A stretch of 34,749 nt of DNA. It comes from Patescibacteria group bacterium. GTDB taxonomy: Bacteria; Patescibacteriota; Minisyncoccia; JAHISW01; Tagabacteraceae. The notes beneath the pieces were generated by a model. It was given only the letters and a program-made list of their open reading frames with translations. It searched no databases and had not been told where the DNA came from. This document shows, in pieces, positions 16,402 through 24,117 of the stretch (position 1 is its first letter; each line of letters starts with the position of its first letter). The stretch lies in the NCBI GenBank assembly GCA_018819015.1, contig JAHJQY010000004.1:1-34749 (forward strand), given 5' to 3'. The translations under genes were made by a program, and so were the position numbers.

Positions 16402-16447
16402 TTATCCACACCCGCTTCGTTAATTTTTGCTAACGTAGTGATATAAT
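16402..16447 (+). promoter_or_regulatory. DnaA box plus extended -10 promoter of the pilin
   Basis: TTATCCACA 16402-16410; TG-a-TATAAT 16439-16447. Confidence 0.55.
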
Positions 16448-16494
16448 TATTATTAAGCTAAATAAGGGTCGAAAAGTTTTAATATTTTTAAAAA

Positions 16495-16947
16495 ATGAAA
16501 AAAAATAAAGGTTTTACTTTAATAGAGCTTTTGGTGGTTATTGCCATTATTGGTGTTTTGGCGTCAGTTGTTTTAGCGTCCTTTAATAGCGCCCGCAAGA
16601 AAGCGCGAGACGCGCGCCGAATCGCCGATGTCAAACAATTGCAATTGGCCATGGAGCTTTATTTTGACGCGAATAGCGCTTATCCGGCCACTTTGGCGGC
16701 CTTGGTTACCGGCGGTCATATTTCTACTGTTGCCACCGATCCTCTTGGCGCCGTCGCCTATTCCTATGAATTGTGCTCAGGCGGATTGAATTATCATCTG
16801 GGCGCTTCTTTGGAAGAGTCAACGAATCCGGCTTTGGCCAGCGACAAAGATGGTATCCCGACAGGCTGCACCGGAACATGGTTTATAGACACGGCAAAAT
16901 GTAATGCTGCTCATTCTGGTTCGTATTGTTATGATGTAGCTCCATAA
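16495..16947 (+). CDS. Type IV pilin (major pilin candidate)
   Basis: NKG|FTLIELLVVIAIIGVLA, KARDARRIAD, four Cys in the C-terminal half, own promoter. Confidence 0.9.
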   Translation: MKKNKGFTLIELLVVIAIIGVLASVVLASFNSARKKARDARRIADVKQLQLAMELYFDANSAYPATLAALVTGGHISTVATDPLGAVAYSYELCSGGLNYHLGASLEESTNPALASDKDGIPTGCTGTWFIDTAKCNAAHSGSYCYDVAP

Positions 16948-16968
16948 TATATAGTTCTCGTAAAGTTT

Positions 16969-17763
16969 ATGAGTTATAATAAAAACATGCTAACGCATGT
17001 TTTTATTATTGTTTTTGGCGCCGCGGTCGGCAGTTTTTTGAATGTAGTCATTTTTCGGCTTAACAGCGGAGAGTCGTTTTTGGGGGGAGAGTCGCGCTGT
17101 TTTTCCTGCGGCAAAAAACTTAAATGGCGCGAGCTTGTTCCGGTTTTTAGTTTTTTGATTCAAAAAGGCAGATGCCGCGGCTGTGGCAGTAAAATATCTT
17201 GGCAATACCCGGCAGTAGAAATAATAACAGGCGTATTGTTTTTGGCAACTTTTCAACTATCGAAGTTCAACTTCGATAGTTGCGATATTTGTTGGTTTCT
17301 TTATCCTTATATTTGGCTGCTTGTTAGTTTGTTAATAATTATTGCCGTTTATGATTTGCGGCATTTTATAATTCCCAATAAAATTGTTTGGATTTTTAAT
17401 GTTTTGGCGTTTTTAAACTTACTGGCGCACACAAAATATGCGAAACCCGGTTTCGCTTTTTTATCCGGGGTTGTCTTTTTTTTATTTTTTGCGGCATTGT
17501 GGTTTTTGTCAAAAGGAAAGTGGATGGGTTTTGGCGACGCGAAACTGGCTTTGGGTTTGGGTTGGCTGCTGGGCCCGGTTAAAACATTTTCAGCTTTTTT
17601 GATTTCTTTCTGGTTGGGGGCGTTTGTCGGCCTGTTGCTGATCGTTCTTAAAAAGGGCAAATATACCATGATGAGCAGGATTCCTTTCGCGCCGTTTCTT
17701 ATAGCCGGTTCGCTTTTATCGTTTTTTATTAATTTTGATATTTTAAGTTTTTTTAATTTTTAA
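16969..17763 (+). CDS. pilD: Prepilin peptidase / N-methyltransferase (start could be ATG 16987)
   Basis: GSFLNVVI, SRCFSC..GRCRGC, YPAVE, catalytic YDL and GFGDAKL, IPFAPF. Confidence 0.93.
   Translation: MSYNKNMLTHVFIIVFGAAVGSFLNVVIFRLNSGESFLGGESRCFSCGKKLKWRELVPVFSFLIQKGRCRGCGSKISWQYPAVEIITGVLFLATFQLSKFNFDSCDICWFLYPYIWLLVSLLIIIAVYDLRHFIIPNKIVWIFNVLAFLNLLAHTKYAKPGFAFLSGVVFFLFFAALWFLSKGKWMGFGDAKLALGLGWLLGPVKTFSAFLISFWLGAFVGLLLIVLKKGKYTMMSRIPFAPFLIAGSLLSFFINFDILSFFNF
17254..17282. repeat. TCGAAGTT(C/G)AACTTCGA palindrome, copy 2 (inside pilD)
   Basis: CAACTATCGAAGTT-C-AACTTCGATAGTTG, perfect 14-bp arms. Confidence 0.85.
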
Positions 17764-17764
17764 A

Positions 17765-19723
17765 ATGGACAAACGCGAAGCCAGACAAAGAATAGAAAAA
17801 TTGAAAGAAACGATAAACCGCCATCGTTACCTGTATCATGTTTTGGACCGCCAGGAAATTTCCGACGCGGCCTTGGATGCTTTAAAATACGAATTGGATA
17901 TTTTGGAAAAAAAATTTCCGGAATTTATTACTTCTGACTCGCCGACCCAGCGGGTCGGCGGCAAGTCCCTGGATAAATTTAAAAAAGTGGAGCATTCTCG
18001 GCCGATGTTTTCGCTTCAGGACGCTTTTTCTTTTGAAGAAATAAAAGAATGGGAAAGTAGAATTAAAAAACTGATTCCTCGACTTCGCTCGGGACAAGCC
18101 AAAAAAATGGATTATTTTGCTGAATTTAAAGTAGATGGGTTGGCCGTTTCTCTTGTTTATGAAAAAGGCGCGTTTGTTCGGGGTTCCACGCGCGGCGACG
18201 GAAAAATCGGCGAGGACATAACTCGTAATTTAAAAACTATTCAAGCCATACCGTTGCGTCTGCTTGAGCCCAAAACCTGTGAAATACGAGGCGAGGTTTT
18301 TATCGCCAAAAAAAATTTTAAAAAATTTTCCAAAGATTATGCCAATCCAAGAAATTTGGCTGCCGGTTCGGTGCGGCAACTGGATCCAAAAATAACGGCT
18401 TCAAGAAATTTAAGTTTTATGGCCTGGCAGTTTTTGGGCTTAAATAAACAAAACGAAGAGCACGAAGAGCTTTTAAGGCTTGGAGTAAGGCCGGTGCCTG
18501 GCAAATTTTGCGCCGACATCAATGAAGTTAAAAAATTTTTTGAGAAAATTGACCGCGGCAAGCTTCTTTATGAAATTGACGGTTTGGTGGTGGGCGTGAA
18601 TGACAATGAGTTGGCCGACGAGTTTGGGGTTGTCGGAAAATCGCCAAGAGCGTCTATCGCCTGGAAATTTCCGAGCGAAGAAAATGTGACCACGGTTGAA
18701 GACATAAAAGTGCAGGTCGGGCGCACCGGAGTTTTGACGCCCGTAGCCGTTTTAAAGCCGGTGCCGATAAGAGGAGCGGTCATAAGCCGCGCCACGCTTC
18801 ATAATAAAGACGAAATAAGCCGGCTGGGATTAAAAATCGGCGATACCGTAGTGGTGGCCCGCGCCGGCGATGTGATTCCGGATGTTAAAAAAGTTTTGAA
18901 AGAATTACGAAGCGGCAAAGAAAAAGTTTTTAAGATGCCTTTAAACTGTCCGGTTTGCGGCGCCAAGGCGGAAGAAGATAAGGGAGAGATACTTTTAAGA
19001 TGCGTGAATCAAAAGTGTCCATCAAGACGAAAAAGAAGCCTCCAGTATTTTTCTTCAAGACCCGCTTTTAATATTGAAGGTTTGGGCCCCAAAATTATTG
19101 ACGCGCTTTTAGACCAGGGCTTGATACAAAATTCAGCCGACCTCTTTGAATTAAAAGAGGGTGATTTGATTCCGCTTGAGAGGTTTGCCGAAAAATCAGC
19201 CGGGAATTTGGTAAGGTCAATACAGGCAAGCAGAAAAATTTCTTTGCCTAGATTTATAATTGCTTTGGGGATTATGCATGCGGGGGAGAAAACAGCCCAA
19301 GTTTTATCTTCTCGATTCGGCAGTCTGGAGAATATCAGAAAAGCCGGACTAGAAGAGCTGGAATCAATTTATGATATAGGGCCGGTGGTTGCCAAGAGCA
19401 TTTATGGCTGGTTTAGGGATGATTATAATCGTCGTTGGCTTGATAAATTACTGAAATATGCGGCAGTTCAAAATTTTAAGGCTGGCAAGAAAAAGAAAGA
19501 ATTTATCGGCAAGACTTTTGTTCTGACCGGAAGTTTGTCCGCCATGGATAGGGAAGTGGCGAAAGAAAAAATAAGAGAGTTTGGCGGCGATGTTTCCGAG
19601 TCGGTTTCAAAAAAGACGGATTTTGTCGTGGCCGGAGAAAATTCGGGCTCAAAATTTGAAAAAGCCAAAAAACTAGATGTTAAAATTTTAAGCGAACAAG
19701 AGTTCATAAAACTGCTGAGTTAG
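17765..19723 (+). CDS. ligA: NAD-dependent DNA ligase
   Basis: SPTQRVGG, EFKVDGL adenylation motif, TRGDG, EIRGE, NPRNLAAGS, IDGLV, zinc finger CPVC..C..C, C-terminal BRCT. Confidence 0.97.
   Translation: MDKREARQRIEKLKETINRHRYLYHVLDRQEISDAALDALKYELDILEKKFPEFITSDSPTQRVGGKSLDKFKKVEHSRPMFSLQDAFSFEEIKEWESRIKKLIPRLRSGQAKKMDYFAEFKVDGLAVSLVYEKGAFVRGSTRGDGKIGEDITRNLKTIQAIPLRLLEPKTCEIRGEVFIAKKNFKKFSKDYANPRNLAAGSVRQLDPKITASRNLSFMAWQFLGLNKQNEEHEELLRLGVRPVPGKFCADINEVKKFFEKIDRGKLLYEIDGLVVGVNDNELADEFGVVGKSPRASIAWKFPSEENVTTVEDIKVQVGRTGVLTPVAVLKPVPIRGAVISRATLHNKDEISRLGLKIGDTVVVARAGDVIPDVKKVLKELRSGKEKVFKMPLNCPVCGAKAEEDKGEILLRCVNQKCPSRRKRSLQYFSSRPAFNIEGLGPKIIDALLDQGLIQNSADLFELKEGDLIPLERFAEKSAGNLVRSIQASRKISLPRFIIALGIMHAGEKTAQVLSSRFGSLENIRKAGLEELESIYDIGPVVAKSIYGWFRDDYNRRWLDKLLKYAAVQNFKAGKKKKEFIGKTFVLTGSLSAMDREVAKEKIREFGGDVSESVSKKTDFVVAGENSGSKFEKAKKLDVKILSEQEFIKLLS
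18077..18098. repeat. Short GC-rich hairpin insert in ligA (PRLRSGQ)
   Basis: CCTCGACTTCGCTCGGGACAAG between IKKLI and AKKMDYFAEFKVDG; weak hairpin. Confidence 0.5.
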
Positions 19724-19737
19724 TATATGATAAATAT

Positions 19738-20016
19738 ATGATCACCAAAGAAGAAGTAAAAAAATTGGCGGCCCTCGGAAGAATCGGGGTTGACGATAAG
19801 GAAATAGAATCTTTGAGGGGAGACATGGAACGTGTTTTGTTTTTTGTTTCCAAATTAAAAAAGGTGTCTTTTGCGGGCGAAGTTTTTGAAGACGGGATGA
19901 AAAATGATTTAAGAGAAGATGCAATTTTCGGGAAAAGCGGAGAATATACAGAAGATTTGCTAAAACAGGCGCCCGAGCTGGAAAGGGGATTTGTGAAGGT
20001 TAAAAAAGTATTATGA
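19738..20016 (+). CDS. gatC: Asp/Glu-tRNA amidotransferase subunit C
   Basis: MITKEEVKKLAALGRI, LREDA, QAPE..GFVKVKKVL; overlaps gatA. Confidence 0.9.
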   Translation: MITKEEVKKLAALGRIGVDDKEIESLRGDMERVLFFVSKLKKVSFAGEVFEDGMKNDLREDAIFGKSGEYTEDLLKQAPELERGFVKVKKVL

Positions 20017-21461
20017 CAAAGATTAATCTTGCCGAATTAAACATAAAGAAGGCTCATGAGTTATTGCGGGGCGGAGAAATTTCAGCGCGCGAGTTGGTGG
20101 ATTTTTATCTGGAAAACATAAAAAGGCATGATAAAAATATCCATGCTTATCTTGAAGTTTTTGACGATGTGTTTGAGCAGGCCGAAGCAGTAGATAAAAA
20201 AATTAAATTAGGAAAAGAATTGCCGCTTTTGGCCGGAATTCCTCTGGCGGTTAAAGATCTTATTTTAATAAAAAGCAAAAAATGCTCGGCCGGGTCAAAA
20301 ATTCTTGAAAATTTCAACGCGCCATACAGCGCCGCCGTAATAGAAAAATTAGACAACCAAGGCGCTGTTTATTTGGGGAGGACAAACATGGACGAGTTTG
20401 CCATGGGCGTCTCAACCGAATATTCCGCTTTCGGCCCGACCAAAAATCCTTATGATTTGAAAAGGGTGCCGGGTGGCTCTTCTGGCGGTTCGGCGGCGGC
20501 CGTGGCTCAACAAGAATGCTTGGCCGCCTTGGGTTCTGACACTGGCGGCTCTATACGCCAACCGGCCTCTTTTTGCGGCCTGGTGGGCTTAAAGCCGACC
20601 TACGGCTCTGTTTCAAGGCGGGGTTTAATCGCTATGGCTTCTTCTTTGGACCAGATCGGGCCTTTAACAAAAACAGTGGAAGACGCGGAAATAATTTTCG
20701 GCGCCATAAAAGGCAAAGATCCGCTGGATTCCACTTCTGTGGGAAATCCGATTTCCCACAAGTCTGCAACAAAGTCGGACTTCGTCGTTGGCGTTCCGAA
20801 AGAATTTTTTAATATGGAAGGAGAGAACAAGGGAATTTCCGAAGATGTCATAAAAAACACAAAAAAGGCGATAAATAATTTAAAAACGCGGGGTTTTAAA
20901 ATAAAAGAAGTGAGCATTCCGAGCTTAAATTATGTCGTGGAAACTTACTATATTATTATGCCGGCCGAAGTTTCCACTAACCTGGCGCGTTATGACGGTG
21001 TAAAATACGGATTAGCCAAAAAGGGGAAGACGCTTTTGGAAGATTATTTAAAAACAAGGCGGGCCGGTTTTGGCGATGAACCGAGAAGAAGAATTTTGTT
21101 GGGCAATTATGTTTTATCATCAGGTTATTACGACGCTTTTTATGGAAGGGCGAGGAGGGCGGTTAGCGCTATGAAAAATGATTTTAAAAAAGTTTTTTCG
21201 GAGGTAGATATACTTTTAAGTCCGACCACTCCAACCTCGGCTTTTAAAATTGGAGAAAAAACCGGCAATCCGGTTGAAATGTATTTGGCGGACATTTTTA
21301 CTTGCGGGGCTAATTTGGCCGGCTTGCCGGCGATATCTTTGCCCAATGGTCTTAGTGAAAACGGCTTGCCGATTGGTTTGCAGTTTATCGCGCCGTGGTT
21401 TGAAGAAGAAAAATTATTTGAAACAGGTAAAGTTTTTGAAAAATGCGGACTCCAAATTTAA
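20013..21461 (+). CDS. gatA: Asp/Glu-tRNA amidotransferase subunit A
   Basis: AVKD, NMDEFAMG, PGGSSGGSAAAVA, GSDTGGSIRQPA, LARYDG, RRRILLG. Confidence 0.97.
   Translation: MTKINLAELNIKKAHELLRGGEISARELVDFYLENIKRHDKNIHAYLEVFDDVFEQAEAVDKKIKLGKELPLLAGIPLAVKDLILIKSKKCSAGSKILENFNAPYSAAVIEKLDNQGAVYLGRTNMDEFAMGVSTEYSAFGPTKNPYDLKRVPGGSSGGSAAAVAQQECLAALGSDTGGSIRQPASFCGLVGLKPTYGSVSRRGLIAMASSLDQIGPLTKTVEDAEIIFGAIKGKDPLDSTSVGNPISHKSATKSDFVVGVPKEFFNMEGENKGISEDVIKNTKKAINNLKTRGFKIKEVSIPSLNYVVETYYIIMPAEVSTNLARYDGVKYGLAKKGKTLLEDYLKTRRAGFGDEPRRRILLGNYVLSSGYYDAFYGRARRAVSAMKNDFKKVFSEVDILLSPTTPTSAFKIGEKTGNPVEMYLADIFTCGANLAGLPAISLPNGLSENGLPIGLQFIAPWFEEEKLFETGKVFEKCGLQI
20738..20782. repeat. Two adjacent palindromes in gatA
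   Basis: TGTGGGAAATC-C-GATTTCCCACA (20738-20760) and AAGTC-G-GACTT (20772-20782). Confidence 0.6.
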
Positions 21462-22009
21462 ATTTAGAATATATTTTTTATAAAATTTATTCCTTTTTTG
21501 CCGAAGGGTATAATTTTGTTTTTGGAGGCGCGACAGGGTCCGGGAATGTCATATATTGGGTAAAAGTTTTTTCCGCTCTTTTTTGTTTTTTGGCCGCGCT
21601 GGGAATAATTTACAGTTTTATTAAATTGGTCAAAGTTAAAAAGAAGCAGATTGCCGAATTTGCCAAAATTATTATAGAGGCGCCGCATGAGGAAAGGCGC
21701 TCAAAATGGGAGAAAATCAAAAAATACGCGGAGTCGGACAGTTCCTCTGACTGGAGAATGGCTATTTTGGAAGCGGATAGTTTGCTGGACGATATTATAA
21801 AAAAGATTGGATACCCAGGAGAGACTTTTGGTGAGCGACTGGCCAATATAAACCCGTCGCAGTTTAAAAGTCTTGATGAGGTCTGGCATGCGCATAAAAT
21901 GAGAAACAGGATTGCTCACGAAGGCGCGCGGTTTGAGTTAACCAAAGACGAAACCGGTTATATTCTGGGGCTTTACGAAAAAGCGCTGGTAGAATTTGAG
22001 TATATTTGA
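21443..22009 (+). CDS. Membrane-anchored hypothetical protein with a HEPN-like RNxxxH motif
   Basis: TM helix at about residues 38-60; WRMAILEAD, GETFGERL, HKMRNRIAHE; overlaps the gatA end. Confidence 0.7.
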   Translation: MRTPNLNLEYIFYKIYSFFAEGYNFVFGGATGSGNVIYWVKVFSALFCFLAALGIIYSFIKLVKVKKKQIAEFAKIIIEAPHEERRSKWEKIKKYAESDSSSDWRMAILEADSLLDDIIKKIGYPGETFGERLANINPSQFKSLDEVWHAHKMRNRIAHEGARFELTKDETGYILGLYEKALVEFEYI

Positions 22010-22043
22010 AACTTAAAAATAAATTTAATTTGAAAAAGAAAAT

Positions 22044-22243
22044 ATGAAGTATAAATATTATCCAAGCACAATTAAATTTATTACAGAAAAATTAAAAAAG
22101 AAGTTTCCGAGAGTTAGGGCAAAAGAGGGTTTAAAAAATATACCCGAAAAGCAGGCAGATGGATTGGATGGGTTATGGCACATGCAGAAATATTGGGCAT
22201 AATGACAAACAAACAATCGCGCAAATTAGCCAAAAAGGATTTA
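22044..22243 (+). pseudogene. Possible degraded gene fragment
   Basis: 52-codon ORF 22044-22202 (MKYKYYPSTIK..) overlapping a short ORF in another frame (MAHAEILGIMTNKQ..); no recognisable family. Confidence 0.2.
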
Positions 22244-22336
22244 CACGATAACCTTGTTTGAAGAAGAATATAAAAAATATCTCTAAGGCAATCTCCTATA
22301 TAAAGTAGTTTCTTAAAGTAAGTAAGTAGTAAAAAA

Positions 22337-22368
22337 GTACAAAATGGACCGGTCGGCCCAATTTGTAC
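22337..22368. repeat. Palindromic direct repeat, left copy
   Basis: GTACAAAATGGACCGGTCGGCCCAATTTGTAC; 30/32 identical to 23066-23097. Confidence 0.9.
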
Positions 22369-22401
22369 CTTGCGGGGAAATTATTATTTTGATAGTATTC
22401 T

Positions 22402-22445
22402 TTTATGTTCAACAACAATAATAATTTATGTTCAACAACAATAAT
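22402..22445 (+). repeat. 21-bp tandem direct repeat (period 23) upstream of the PaaX-like gene
   Basis: TTTATGTTCAACAACAATAAT at 22402-22422 and 22425-22445, identical. Confidence 0.85.
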
Positions 22446-22456
22446 CTAAAAACGTT

Positions 22457-23017
22457 GTGCAAAAAGAAACTAAAATCTTAATAGGAAAAATTATATTGGC
22501 CACAATTGCTTCAGCCGGAATTTTAACAGTAGCAGCCGTGGCGCCCAATGCCTTGCGGGCAATAGATTTATTTCGTGATAAAAAGAAAAGAAAATATCAT
22601 ATGGGTTCTTATGTGAATAGAAATTTTGAAAGACTAAAAGACAGGGGCTTGATTAAATTTGAAAAACGAGACGATAAAAGTTTCGTTCGGCTCACCGAAA
22701 AAGGCCAGCGAGAATTATTAAAATATCAATTGCGGGAGGCGATTATTAAAAAACCGAGATGGTGGGATAAAAAATGGCGGGTTGTTATTTTTGATATTAA
22801 AGAAAGCGCGCGTAATCTTAGAAAGGGCTTAAGGCAGGAATTGGTTAATTTGGGTTTTGTTAAATTACAAAATAGTGTTTGGGTATACCCTTATGAATGT
22901 GGGGAGGTGATAATTATGCTGAAATCTTATTTTTGTTTAGGGAAAGATGTTTTATATATGACGGTTGATAAAATAGAGAATGATAAGTGGTTGAAGCAGG
23001 AGTTTGGTTTGAGTTAG
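22457..23017 (+). CDS. PaaX-like protein: N-terminal hydrophobic helix, wHTH, Cas2-like (PaaX central) domain
   Basis: RLKDRGLI..VRLTEKG wHTH wing; WDKKWRVVIFDI..R..LR..L..LGFVKLQNSVW Cas2-like ferredoxin fold; GTG start. Confidence 0.85.
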   Translation: MQKETKILIGKIILATIASAGILTVAAVAPNALRAIDLFRDKKKRKYHMGSYVNRNFERLKDRGLIKFEKRDDKSFVRLTEKGQRELLKYQLREAIIKKPRWWDKKWRVVIFDIKESARNLRKGLRQELVNLGFVKLQNSVWVYPYECGEVIIMLKSYFCLGKDVLYMTVDKIENDKWLKQEFGLS

Positions 23018-23065
23018 TTGGGTTTTTAATTTAACTAAACCAAAAAGATAAAGAAAATAAAAAAG

Positions 23066-23097
23066 GTACAAAATGGACCGGTCGGCCTAGTTTGTAC
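23066..23097. repeat. Palindromic direct repeat, right copy
   Basis: GTACAAAATGGACCGGTCGGCCTAGTTTGTAC, 729 bp from the left copy. Confidence 0.9.
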
Positions 23098-23232
23098 TTT
23101 ATTAAAGCAAGGCCTTGATTTTGGACTGCTATTTTGCTATTTTGTTTGGAGTAGCAGGGGGTAATGCTTGAACCTTAAAAATTCCTGGAATAAAATTAAA
23201 GATAAAAATGGCCAAGGCCAAGGAGGTAAAAA

Positions 23233-24033
23233 ATGAAAGATATTTTTCTGCAGTTATTGACAGAGCAAGAAGATGAGGGTATTGAGTCTTTTATTAAAGC
23301 TGGACTCAAGAAAGCCACAGAGAAGCACAACGACAAAGCCGCGGTTGATATACTAAATCTTCTAGATAAGTTTTTAAAGGATAAAGAAAGAGTAGCTGAA
23401 GAGAAAAAGCGAGAATCCAGACTGGGTTATAATTTTTCAGATGCGTGGAATCGGGCCGAGAAAAGTTTTCTGGAATTTATAAAGAAGGTTTATTGGGATT
23501 TGCCGGATTGCCAAAAAATTACCACAAGGTATAGCGATAGCGAGCATAAACACGTCCCTGTTTATGGAGAAACATTGGTTCAGACAAAACTTTTTATAAT
23601 TGAGAAAATTATTACGGCCTGGGGCTCGGAATTAATCGAAGAAAAAAATATTGAAAATTTTCAGTTTTTTATAAAAGCCTTTGCTCCCGAAGAAAGAAAA
23701 GTTTATAAAAAAGAAAAAGATGGCATGCTTGATTTGTTAAGGAAACGACTTGAGTGCGCAAGTTTTTCTTCCGATGTATTGGAGAAATGGTTGAAATGGC
23801 GAAGGTTTATCCCTCACGATATTTATAGGGTTCTTTATATGGCCAGGGCGAGGAATGGTGGCCCGGAGCTGGTGAAAAGAGATATGTTTTTTGCCGATGT
23901 TCTTAAAAATTTTGACCCGGCCAATCGGACAAAAGAGGCCATTGATTTATACAAAGAAATCGGCCAAGAGATTGCCAAGCTAGATCAAGCGGCTGATTTG
24001 CCAGTTTCAATTAGAGATTTTTTAAAAGTTTAA
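23233..24033 (+). CDS. Hypothetical protein (helical, charged; no family recognised)
   Basis: 266-codon ORF, AAGGAGGT Shine-Dalgarno, downstream terminator. Confidence 0.75.
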   Translation: MKDIFLQLLTEQEDEGIESFIKAGLKKATEKHNDKAAVDILNLLDKFLKDKERVAEEKKRESRLGYNFSDAWNRAEKSFLEFIKKVYWDLPDCQKITTRYSDSEHKHVPVYGETLVQTKLFIIEKIITAWGSELIEEKNIENFQFFIKAFAPEERKVYKKEKDGMLDLLRKRLECASFSSDVLEKWLKWRRFIPHDIYRVLYMARARNGGPELVKRDMFFADVLKNFDPANRTKEAIDLYKEIGQEIAKLDQAADLPVSIRDFLKV

Positions 24034-24043
24034 CTTAAAATAT

Positions 24044-24077
24044 AAAACAGGCTATTTTTTAAAAATAGCCTGTTTTT
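24044..24077 (+). terminator. Palindromic, possibly bidirectional terminator
   Basis: AAAACAGGCTATTTTT-T-AAAAATAGCCTGTTTT, 16-bp arms, 10 nt after the stop. Confidence 0.75.
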
Positions 24078-24117
24078 GTTTTTGCAAACTGATTTTTTGA
24101 GTGCTAAAATAATACCA

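Noticed and set aside
17941-17959. Perfect hairpin GCCGACCC-AGC-GGGTCGGC in ligA
   Set aside because: Encodes the conserved SPTQRVGG motif with no length change, so it is not an insertion.
22331-23100. CRISPR-Cas locus (Cas2-like gene plus ~32-bp palindromic repeats)
   Set aside because: Only two repeats 729 bp apart, no spacer-sized units, no cas1 or effector genes; the protein has PaaX-like wHTH architecture.
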